Shown here one piece after another: positions 56,974 to 64,000 of a stretch of DNA of 64,000 nt. The DNA is from a virus: positions 3,503-67,502 of the IMG/VR virus record IMGVR_UViG_3300031949_000025; one strand, written 5' to 3'. Made by a program: the position numbers and the translations under genes. Each line of letters starts with the position of its first letter. Positions within the stretch are counted from its first letter, which is position 1. The notes under the pieces are model-generated. The model worked only from the letters and a program-made list of their open reading frames with translations, ran no database searches and was not told the origin of the DNA.

Positions 56974-57567
56974 CTACATGATCCGGCAGTTGAGGTCACA
57001 GTAGACACCCGCGACGCCCACGCTGTTGCTAAACTGTCTAATGGTGGGCGCGTCCCATCCCCCGAACGGGCCATAGTAGGGCAAGCCACTCCAGTCCATT
57101 GTGGCTTGGTTATCGTATTCCGCTACCCACAGCGGAAACTCCCTAAACGCCTGGGTCTGTGCCATGTAGCCATTCCAGAACCACTTGGCAGTATAGATGC
57201 CTGGGGTAGCCCCGATCTCCCGACAGGTAAACAGCGCCTCCCACAGCTTGTTCCAGCGAACCTGAGCCCCAACAGGGGCCGTGTCCTCCACGGCAATCAA
57301 CAGCATCCCTGGGTTGTAGGGCTTGGCCCGTTCCCAGGCGTCCCGAATCTGCCAGGTGGGGTTGCCCATGAAGTAGAGTTGCATGTAGGCGTCCGTGTGA
57401 AACCCGCCCTCGGAGAACGCCTGGAGTTGCTGGGGCGCGGAGTATGCGTTGTAAGAGTCGGAGTTGACGATGGCGAAGCGGGCACCAGCTTCCCATAGGG
57501 CGTCTATCTGTTCCGGCGTTATCGGCCCTGTGCGGTCTTGGGTGTAGTGGGAAACGTCAACGCCCAG
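56974..57567 (-). CDS. GH25-family muramidase (endolysin); start codon unclear
   Basis: LGVDVSHY...IAVED...LWVAEY...CDLN. The first ATG is at 57384, but GH25-like sequence continues upstream to about 57567 with only CTG/ATA as possible starts. Confidence 0.7.
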   Translation of the reverse strand: MGVDVSHYTQDRTGPITPEQIDALWEAGARFAIVNSDSYNAYSAPQQLQAFSEGGFHTDAYMQLYFMGNPTWQIRDAWERAKPYNPGMLLIAVEDTAPVGAQVRWNKLWEALFTCREIGATPGIYTAKWFWNGYMAQTQAFREFPLWVAEYDNQATMDWSGLPYYGPFGGWDAPTIRQFSNSVGVAGVYCDLNCRIM

Positions 57568-57581
57568 GGCTAGGCTGGGCG

Positions 57582-57782
57582 CTACCCTAAAGGGAGCGAC
57601 TCGACCGCATTTTCCATTTCCTGGAGATGCCCACGGGTGCGCTCAATCATCAGCAGCACGTCATCTTTGGTGATGGGTATTTGTCCCGTCCCCTGGAGGT
57701 AGAATCTAAACGCCTCTTCTGCGTCACCGCCAGCTTGAATCCAAGCATTGTAGGAGGCTAGGTAGGTTTCTTTTAGTGACAT
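57582..57782 (-). CDS. hypothetical protein
   Basis: ATG 57782 follows AAGGAGAG; 66 aa. Confidence 0.5.
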   Translation of the reverse strand: MSLKETYLASYNAWIQAGGDAEEAFRFYLQGTGQIPITKDDVLLMIERTRGHLQEMENAVESLPLG

Positions 57783-57793
57783 GGGTTCTCTCC

Positions 57794-57991
57794 TTAAAAT
57801 AGTTCGCCGTCTTTGTGTCGCGTCAATCCCGCTGCGCCATACCAGTAATCGGCAGCCGCCGCCGTGGGCTGGCGGCGCATGATGGACTTGCACTTCTCGC
57901 AGATTACTTCGTCGTTGCGCTGGTCTACGGAACGGGCGAATCGGTCGAAGTGATGTCCACAGTTAGGGCACTGCATCGGGTACACTGGCAA
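57794..57991 (-). CDS. FmdB-type CxxC...CxxC zinc-ribbon protein
   Basis: TTG 57991 lies 7 nt after GGAGGA. Contains PVYPMQCPNCGHHFD...CEKCKS. Confidence 0.6.
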   Translation of the reverse strand: MPVYPMQCPNCGHHFDRFARSVDQRNDEVICEKCKSIMRRQPTAAAADYWYGAAGLTRHKDGELF

Positions 57992-57993
57992 GG

Positions 57994-58131
57994 TTAGTTC
58001 CTCCGTGCTTTTTCTATTGATGTAGCCGCTCCGCATTTAGGGCATTCAGCCGTTCCGCGAGCCACAGTGGTATGAAAAAGCAGCCATCCGCACTTGCGGC
58101 AATTAATGGGTTTCTCTACCAGATTAGGCAT
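57994..58131 (-). CDS. zinc-ribbon protein (45 aa)
   Basis: Below the track cutoff. Contains CRKCG...CPKCG. Confidence 0.45.
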   Translation of the reverse strand: MPNLVEKPINCRKCGWLLFHTTVARGTAECPKCGAATSIEKARRN

Positions 58132-58240
58132 GTCCGTGACCTGCAAAAACGTCGGGGTTGCTAGCTACGGGAAACGGCAAAATAGGGGGGTGTTTAGGGT
58201 GGGGTGGTGTCCTGGTATGGTCGGCGGTAATTGGGGCCAT

Positions 58241-59050
58241 CTAATCCTCCATCCTGACGCCAATACCGTGAGTATCGGGGTGAAAAACCAACTGTATTAT
58301 CCCTGGGTAAGAGGCCGGATAGCCGTTCTTGATGGCGTAGCGAGGGTGAACCTGGAAGGTGCGGGCGATGATTCCCACCCGGTGCCTATTTAGCAACTTC
58401 CGGCTTCCATAGGTTTTCTGGTAGACTTCCTTAAAAAGACCCTCGTGGTCGTGAGCCATGATTAGGAAGTCTATATCGGGCTCCTGTAGCAGCATCCGCT
58501 CCAGTTTTCCTTGCTTGGCCGACGACGTCCTGGCCCCACCCCATCCATGAATGACATAACCGTTATAGGTGGTGGTGCCCCCGCCCTGGCGGGTGAAGGC
58601 TAGCCTTATGGCTGCACCTGAATCCCCCAGGTAGTCTGCGCCAAGTCGTTCCCCTATGTATTGTCCTATACTGTGATTGTCAATCCTGGACAATACGGAT
58701 TCGTGGTTGCCACCTATAAGGCACACCGTCTTAGAAACAAGGGGCCTCCAGATGTCAATAAAGTGGTCAGCTTCAGCCACCGCCAGGTTGTCCAGGTCGT
58801 CTAGGGAGAGCCACTTGGCTAAGTCGTGGGACTCAAACCTCTTTCGATCCGAAATAGTAATGGCGGCAATCATGTCGCCAGCGTGGAGGGCAAGGGCAAA
58901 GGAGTCTTCTTCTACTCTCCGCACCAATCGACGCAATGTTATCTCGTCAACGGAGCGGTCGCCAATGTGGGTGTCGGCAAAGATGTTGAGGGTGAAGCGG
59001 TCACTGCGGCTTTGGTAGGTGATATGGCGAGTGTGTATCTCGTCGCTCAG
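58241..59050 (-). CDS. metallophosphoesterase; probable CTG start
   Basis: LHAGDM, GGNHE, HGWGG and AHDHE. The DxH motif FADTHIGD lies upstream of the track start 58936. CTG 59050 lies 5 nt after AGGAGG. Confidence 0.7.
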   Translation of the reverse strand: MSDEIHTRHITYQSRSDRFTLNIFADTHIGDRSVDEITLRRLVRRVEEDSFALALHAGDMIAAITISDRKRFESHDLAKWLSLDDLDNLAVAEADHFIDIWRPLVSKTVCLIGGNHESVLSRIDNHSIGQYIGERLGADYLGDSGAAIRLAFTRQGGGTTTYNGYVIHGWGGARTSSAKQGKLERMLLQEPDIDFLIMAHDHEGLFKEVYQKTYGSRKLLNRHRVGIIARTFQVHPRYAIKNGYPASYPGIIQLVFHPDTHGIGVRMED

Positions 59051-59059
59051 AAAGCCCTC

Positions 59060-59458
59060 CTACACGTACTCTTCTTTTTGGTAGTCTCCCCGCTTTACTA
59101 GATGAACTATATATGCCCCCAATTTGTGCTCGCACATCCAGGGGTTGCGGCACTTGGGGCAGGGCTTGGGTGGCCCCACCTGTCGGATTAGGGCCACGGT
59201 CTCATTATCCAAGTAAGAAATGTCCACCCCCCGGTGCTTAACCACAGGATCAGGCCAGACTCCCCAGGCAATGTCAGCCGCCAGGCCGAGAATGGTTAGC
59301 GGTGCCCGGGGTGGGTAGGCGGTGGGGATACGCTCGTCGATGTTCCCCTCCAATACTTGTCCATGATTGAGGTCGTCAAGGCATTCAGTGCAGTAGTCCC
59401 AGCCGTAGTCAATCTCACGCCCGCAGTTGACACAGACGTTCTCCGGGTTGGTGGTCAC
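59060..59458 (-). CDS. zinc-ribbon protein
   Basis: 132 aa with a GTG start. Contains CVNCG...CTEC and CPKC...C. Confidence 0.6.
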   Translation of the reverse strand: MTTNPENVCVNCGREIDYGWDYCTECLDDLNHGQVLEGNIDERIPTAYPPRAPLTILGLAADIAWGVWPDPVVKHRGVDISYLDNETVALIRQVGPPKPCPKCRNPWMCEHKLGAYIVHLVKRGDYQKEEYV

Positions 59459-59596
59459 CTAGAGATTCCGTAGCGCCTGGGTAAGAGCAAGGACAGCCGA
59501 CATGGGGCTTGGGGGATGGCCTTTGAGGGCTTTGAGGGCTTCAACAATGGCATCGGCCAGCATTTTCTCTTTGTCGGTAAGTCTGGTAATTCCAAT
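59459..59596 (-). CDS. small helical protein; ATG 59563 or ATT 59596 start
   Basis: GGAGG (59608-59604) lies 7 nt before ATT 59596. The stop abuts the next GTG. Confidence 0.35.
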   Translation of the reverse strand: MGITRLTDKEKMLADAIVEALKALKGHPPSPMSAVLALTQALRNL

Positions 59597-59656
59597 GGGG
59601 AGCCTCCTAGAGTGGTTTACCCCTACAGTTTATTGTACCAGTTAGCTATGAATATG

Positions 59657-59986
59657 TCAAGGCGAAGGGCGAAACCAGCTTGCAGGGTCTATTCCCAAAG
59701 CGGCCAGCCAGCCAAGAACAACCCCCACCGCGCCGCTGGCGACTGTAATCAGGCTGCGTTTGGCGTCATTCCCGATGCGGCGTTCATTCAGGGTTCTGAC
59801 GATGGGCTTGAGTTCAGCCATGTCTCTGGCAGTGATGCAGTTCTCGCAGGGGTTGAAGTTGTCCAGACGTTCGGACACAATGTCCAGACGCTCCATCCCC
59901 GCATCCATCTTCGCATCTATCTCGCCAAGTTTCCCAGTCAAAGCGATGACGTTTTGGTTAAGTTGGCTGAGTAGTGCTTGCTCCAT
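59657..59986 (-). CDS. coiled-coil protein with C-terminal TM helix (holin/spanin-like, inference)
   Basis: 109 aa with LITVASGAVGVVLGWLAALGI near the C-terminus. Confidence 0.6.
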   Translation of the reverse strand: MEQALLSQLNQNVIALTGKLGEIDAKMDAGMERLDIVSERLDNFNPCENCITARDMAELKPIVRTLNERRIGNDAKRSLITVASGAVGVVLGWLAALGIDPASWFRPSP

Positions 59987-60082
59987 TTAGTGCCCCTTCT
60001 TGTTAGGCCCTTTGTTGCCACCACCCTTGGGCTTTCCTTTGGGGCGATTGTCACGACGGCGACGCGCAGCGGAACGGGCCAT
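59987..60082 (-). CDS. very basic peptide (31 aa)
   Basis: TAATG overlap at its start, and its TAA directly abuts the next ATG. Sequence is [31 protein letters not shown]. Confidence 0.3.
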   Translation of the reverse strand: MARSAARRRRDNRPKGKPKGGGNKGPNKKGH

Positions 60083-60222
60083 TATTTCTTGCCCCTCTTT
60101 CGACTTTTGCCCGCCTTATCGTAAGCGATGGCCGCCGCCTGCTTTGGGTCACGACCCGAGCGGATAAGCTCGGTGATGTTCTCCGAGATGGTCTTTTTGC
60201 TTTTACCCTGCTTGAGGGGCAC
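60082..60222 (-). CDS. small basic conserved-looking protein (46 aa)
   Basis: GTG 60222. Contains [31 protein letters not shown]. Confidence 0.45.
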   Translation of the reverse strand: MPLKQGKSKKTISENITELIRSGRDPKQAAAIAYDKAGKSRKRGKK

Positions 60223-60224
60223 GG

Positions 60225-60425
60225 CTAATAGACCTTTTTCTTGGGTTTTGCCTTAGTCTTGGCTTTCATCTTGGTTTTCTCTGCCATTTCATAGGCAGTC
60301 TTTCCCATTGGCTTGCCGCCCATCATCTTCTCCATCTCCGCATCGGACATCATGTGTCCATCGGGCATTTGGTGCATCCCTTTGGGCATGTTCTTGGGTT
60401 TCATCGGGGTCTTTTTCTTAGCCAT
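60225..60425 (-). CDS. Met/His/Lys-rich small protein
   Basis: 66 aa with [30 protein letters not shown], flanked by Lys-rich tails. Confidence 0.55.
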   Translation of the reverse strand: MAKKKTPMKPKNMPKGMHQMPDGHMMSDAEMEKMMGGKPMGKTAYEMAEKTKMKAKTKAKPKKKVY

Positions 60426-60434
60426 TTCTTCCTC

Positions 60435-62522
60435 CTATCGCTCTGCTTCCCATGTGAACGTAGCTGTGCCTACCCCGGGGTCGGCATCTACTGTAATCCG
60501 CAGTGTGTCATAGGCCAAGTTAGCCACAGGAACCCACGACATTACGGCATTGCCTAGATTATTAGTAGGCGTTACCCTGACCCTTGCCGGGGGTCGCCGC
60601 AGTGAGTGGGCCACTGCGATATAGGTGGCTCCGTTGGGAACCGTGGCTGTTCCGCTGCATCGGGTGCCCGAACTGTAGCTGGTATTGGTTAGGGGAACGT
60701 CAAGTCGGCTAGCGGGGCCGGTGATGGTATAATCCGCACCCAAGAGCGTATTGTGGCCCAGCGCCTTGCCGCCGGTGAAGGTGTTGTAATCCACCAGGTA
60801 GTTTATCGAATCGACCACGATGGTAGCCCCGCTGATAGCGCCGGTAAAGGTTTCGCCCACTACGGGGATGCCTCGAATATACTTGACCTTTGTAGCTGCG
60901 GCTTCTTGCAACCACCGCTGGATGATGATGCTGCCCGAAAGAGTCTGCTTCCAGCTAGCAGCCGTAGCCGATGTGCCGCCAGTAACCTTTTCGCCAAGGG
61001 CGCTCCCGTCGTTTTGGAATGTCCCTGTAACCGTCCCCACCAGTTCAACCCAGGGTGCCTCATAGAATCCGGTGTGGCCCTGAGTTAAGCCAAAGTCGTC
61101 AGCGTGGTTGGCTCCGTTCATCACCCCACCGGTGATGGTGTTATATTTGGAGCCAACGGCCACTCCGTCCACGACTTTGTAGCCAAAGACAATCCCATCG
61201 TCAATCCCATTATTCCCATAGCCAGTATGACGCCCAGGCCGAATATCGCAGTAGGAGCCTGCGATCTGCATGGCGTGATATTCGATGTTGGCTATGTCGG
61301 TTCCATAAATCCTGTGATTGCCATCATCTAGTGTAACCCCAGCTCTGGCCCCGTTGATTCGGAGCCCATTCACAAGGCCCACCCCAGAATCTTTGTCTGC
61401 GGTGAGTCCGTCACCCTTGACACAGGTGGTGATGTCTGCATCAGTGAGTTTCCAGTAGGGAGAGTTGACAAAGGTGATGCCCCACTGGTTGTCGTCCAGG
61501 ATGGGACTTTGTATTTCGACACTAGGTGAATCGATGACAGCAATGCCATAACCTGAGTTGCCGACAATCGTTAGCGCCTTCATGGTCGCCCCGCTGGCCT
61601 CCCCAAGGACATACCAGTAATCATCCTGGCGCAGTGTGGGAACCGGCCCTAAGTCATGCAAGGTTATCCAGGCGTGGCCGCTGGCCGACCCGACAATCCC
61701 CTCTTGCCAGGCTGTGGCGGGGACTGGAGTAGTCCAGTGGAGCCTCACCGTTTCGCCAGCCACAAATGTCCCCGTCCCCGTCCCATCATCGGTCAGGGTG
61801 ACAACTCCGCACTCTTCGCAGCGGACTCGGATGAGCTTGGCGTTATCGCTGGCAGAGCGAATGGTTATTCCATGCATCCTGGTATGGTGAACATAGACAT
61901 CTTCAATCAGGGAGTAGTCGGCATTCTCCGCCCAGATGCCGCCGTAGTTTCCGGTGTAGGTATACTTGTCGCCGTCCACTTGAAGGTTCTTGATGGTGAC
62001 TTGCCCCGAGCCGGAGATGATGTAATCAGAGAAGTTGCCAGCCCGCTTGATGATGGTGTTGAAAATCCCCTGGCCTTCCAGTAGTCCATACTGCACATAG
62101 GCGACTTTGGCGGCAACGTTGAAGGTTCCAGATGACAGGATTAAATGCTTGTTGATAGCCCAGGCAGCGTTTATGTCGGCTTCATCAGCCGTCCCATCGC
62201 AGATAGTATCGGCCCAGGCCTTCTCGGTAAGCGTGGCGTTAGAGGCGGCCAGGAAGTAGGGGTTAGGCGTATCCGTGGACAGCCAGCCCAGGCCGACATT
62301 GTGGTCAGTTGCCGCGATCTCCCCGTCAATCTCAATGCAATACTGCGTGACGCTATCGGCCACCGAGATTTGCACCGCGCCGTTGGCGTTGGTGTAACCA
62401 GAGCCATAGACTGTTAGGTGAGTGCTGTGGTCAAGCAGGCGGACTAGTTTGCTGGCGGCAACAACAGTCTTTCCGTCAGCGGTGTCTACCGTCAAGCCAG
62501 TGAGGTTGATATTCTTAGACAT
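60435..62522 (-). CDS. tail spike/fibre with right-handed beta-helix (pectate-lyase-like)
   Basis: 695 aa with ladders such as VTIKNLQVDG, SLIEDVYVHH, GITIRSASDN and KLIRVRCEE. Confidence 0.85.
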   Translation of the reverse strand: MSKNINLTGLTVDTADGKTVVAASKLVRLLDHSTHLTVYGSGYTNANGAVQISVADSVTQYCIEIDGEIAATDHNVGLGWLSTDTPNPYFLAASNATLTEKAWADTICDGTADEADINAAWAINKHLILSSGTFNVAAKVAYVQYGLLEGQGIFNTIIKRAGNFSDYIISGSGQVTIKNLQVDGDKYTYTGNYGGIWAENADYSLIEDVYVHHTRMHGITIRSASDNAKLIRVRCEECGVVTLTDDGTGTGTFVAGETVRLHWTTPVPATAWQEGIVGSASGHAWITLHDLGPVPTLRQDDYWYVLGEASGATMKALTIVGNSGYGIAVIDSPSVEIQSPILDDNQWGITFVNSPYWKLTDADITTCVKGDGLTADKDSGVGLVNGLRINGARAGVTLDDGNHRIYGTDIANIEYHAMQIAGSYCDIRPGRHTGYGNNGIDDGIVFGYKVVDGVAVGSKYNTITGGVMNGANHADDFGLTQGHTGFYEAPWVELVGTVTGTFQNDGSALGEKVTGGTSATAASWKQTLSGSIIIQRWLQEAAATKVKYIRGIPVVGETFTGAISGATIVVDSINYLVDYNTFTGGKALGHNTLLGADYTITGPASRLDVPLTNTSYSSGTRCSGTATVPNGATYIAVAHSLRRPPARVRVTPTNNLGNAVMSWVPVANLAYDTLRITVDADPGVGTATFTWEAER

Positions 62523-62524
62523 GG

Positions 62525-64000
62525 TTATCCTCTCGCCAGACTGACATTCCAGGAGCCATCAAGGTTGCTGGCACCTGGGTCGTTGCGGCAATGCACTGTG
62601 AACTGTGTAGCCCCGATGGTGTCCACCCAGACGTTGCCAGGGTCGTTGGAGGGGTTTTCCCCAAACGTGATGTTGATATTTTTCAAGGCTGGCGTCACCG
62701 ACAAACCGTGAGTGATAACCGCCGACGTAGCTCCATTAGCGATAGAAAACGTCCCCGACCCCTCTGTGAGATAGGGGTAGTTGTTTCGGGCTATCGAGTT
62801 GGCCCCGACAATAAGCATGGGGGCGATTGTGTTGGCCTCCAACTGGTTGTTGAAGTAGAAATTGGTGTTAGTGGCGTCGATCTCTTCAATGCCATAACGG
62901 GTGTTTCCTACCGAAACATTCCCTACTACGCTGTTGTTGCCTGATTCAGTAGTTCCAGCCCCGAACGTCAATCCTGACTCTGTATTGCCCCGCATGACGT
63001 TTCCCGTTATGGAATTGTAGTGGCTCCCATATAGCAGCATCCCATCACGGCCATTGCCTGACGCAAAGTTCCCGCTGATTGTCCACCGCTGCGCCCCTTC
63101 GGACACTCCCCCGCCACCAATTAAGAACCCCAGTCCTCCGTTGTTCAGCGCCCTGTTTCCGATTAGAGTCCAATAATAGGCTCCATCTGCCCCCTCACCG
63201 CCAATGACATAACCATCGCCAATGTCCACGTCTCGGGATAGATTGCCTATCATAGTCACGTTGTCACCATTAACGGAGATTCCATCTCCAGAGGTTTGGG
63301 TTCCGTGAACCATAGAACCCACATAGTTGGAGATGATGAACTTCTCGGTTGCCCAGAGAGATTTAGTGGTGGCGTCCAGCGGAATCCAAATGCCAAACAA
63401 AGAAATCCAGTCCGTGGTGTGTTGCTGTTGAGTTCGCAGGATGGTATTGCCCACAACCCACAGCCTATCAAGGGTTCCGGTAGAGTTGTTAAAGTGGATT
63501 CCAGTGGAGGGGTAGGAGATTGTTTCTAGGTTGACAACCTGAGTCTCGCTTCTATGAAGGAAGATGTCGTTGTAGAGAACCCTGGCGTTCTTGCAGGTTC
63601 CACCAGCGGTGTTGAAGGCAATGGCATGTTGGAAAGGATTGTCGATATAGTTGTGCTCTACGGTCACATCTTGAAAGTGCCCGTCAATTACAATGGCAGC
63701 ATTGTCGGGCATGTAGATGTGACAATTTCTGATAGTTAGACCGGCATTAGCTGAACTTGGATAGGTCATATACATAGCGGTTTCTTTGGTGTTGAGAATC
63801 TTGACCCGTTCAATGAGACTTTGACCCCAACGGGTGCCCCGAATCCCAACTCCGCTGCTTTGGTTGGCCTTATTCCCTGCGATAGAGAAATCGGCCAGGT
63901 GAATGCCGGTGCGGGTGGCCGTGCTTCTGATAACGTCGCAGTCAGACCCCGACGCCAGCGAAATAGAGGTTGTCAGTTGCCCCTGCCCATGCAGGGCGAG
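62525..64000 (-). CDS. beta-helix repeat tail spike protein (5' end beyond right edge)
   Basis: The frame is open from 64000. Contains repeated GN-rich turns: ISGNFASGNGRDG, ITGNVMRGNTESG and VVGNVSVGNTRYG. Confidence 0.85.
   Translation of the reverse strand, partial: LALHGQGQLTTSISLASGSDCDVIRSTATRTGIHLADFSIAGNKANQSSGVGIRGTRWGQSLIERVKILNTKETAMYMTYPSSANAGLTIRNCHIYMPDNAAIVIDGHFQDVTVEHNYIDNPFQHAIAFNTAGGTCKNARVLYNDIFLHRSETQVVNLETISYPSTGIHFNNSTGTLDRLWVVGNTILRTQQQHTTDWISLFGIWIPLDATTKSLWATEKFIISNYVGSMVHGTQTSGDGISVNGDNVTMIGNLSRDVDIGDGYVIGGEGADGAYYWTLIGNRALNNGGLGFLIGGGGVSEGAQRWTISGNFASGNGRDGMLLYGSHYNSITGNVMRGNTESGLTFGAGTTESGNNSVVGNVSVGNTRYGIEEIDATNTNFYFNNQLEANTIAPMLIVGANSIARNNYPYLTEGSGTFSIANGATSAVITHGLSVTPALKNINITFGENPSNDPGNVWVDTIGATQFTVHCRNDPGASNLDGSWNVSLARG

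Noticed and set aside
56451-57498. Plus-strand ORFs 56451..56759, 56516..56971 and 56680..57498
   Set aside because: They overlap each other, the endolysin gene and the promoter-to-tRNA region on the other strand. They are Pro/Ser/Leu/Arg-rich with no RBS.
4921-60000. Apparent excess of proteins starting Met-Pro (about 11 genes)
   Set aside because: With about 115 genes and a Pro frequency near 5-6 percent, the expectation is about 6, so the excess is weak. Only the four identical 8-nt junctions were kept as an observation.
1-64000. CRISPR array, integrase/attP, transposase, rRNA
   Set aside because: No spacer-repeat periodicity was seen, and no tyrosine or serine recombinase or DDE motifs appear in any ORF. 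The only tRNA-3'-half-like sequence (36693-36725) has no adjacent recombinase.

Overview
The window reads as one densely packed, moderately GC-rich dsDNA bacteriophage genome segment, probably most of a lytic phage. I saw no integrase, rRNA, CRISPR array or tape-measure gene. Layout: (i) 1-22.7 kb, minus strand: late operon read right to left. It holds small and large terminase, portal, an NlpC/P60-domain virion protein, a 1710-aa repeat-containing giant protein, scaffold, major capsid, a beta-helix protein, tail proteins and a tail fibre with 3 x 33-aa repeats. Two HNH genes are embedded in it. (ii) 22.8-29.9 kb, minus strand: about 25 small early genes, many of them zinc-ribbon proteins. (iii) 30.2-56.3 kb, plus strand: early, middle and replication genes, plus tRNA-Ile and tRNA-Asn. 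These include a PD-(D/E)XK nuclease, an initiator with internal iterons, primase-helicase, dNMP kinase, RusA, an SNF2-helicase/DNA-methyltransferase fusion and a phosphoesterase. (iv) 56.3-64 kb, minus strand: tRNA-Leu preceded by a promoter-driven ORF-free structured region of about 370 nt, then a GH25 endolysin, a second phosphoesterase, small basic proteins and two beta-helix tail-spike genes; the last runs off the edge. The most notable observation is a gene for a strictly alternating (Gly-X)45 peptide (X = Tyr, Asp or Ser only) encoded by a GGC-NNC hexanucleotide array, sitting in an overlap-coupled cluster with a MoaA/PqqE-like radical SAM enzyme. Other notable observations: two homologous promoter-plus-terminator modules ahead of the late genes; a recurrent GTCCAGACAA box in front of ribosome-binding sites; two zinc-ribbon modules interrupted by in-frame TGA; enzymes whose catalytic N-termini lack ATG/GTG/TTG starts; five HNH genes; and a broken DUF5131 gene carrying a RhuM-like fragment. 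All functional calls rest on motifs recognised by eye and on gene order. No database or folding computation was run.
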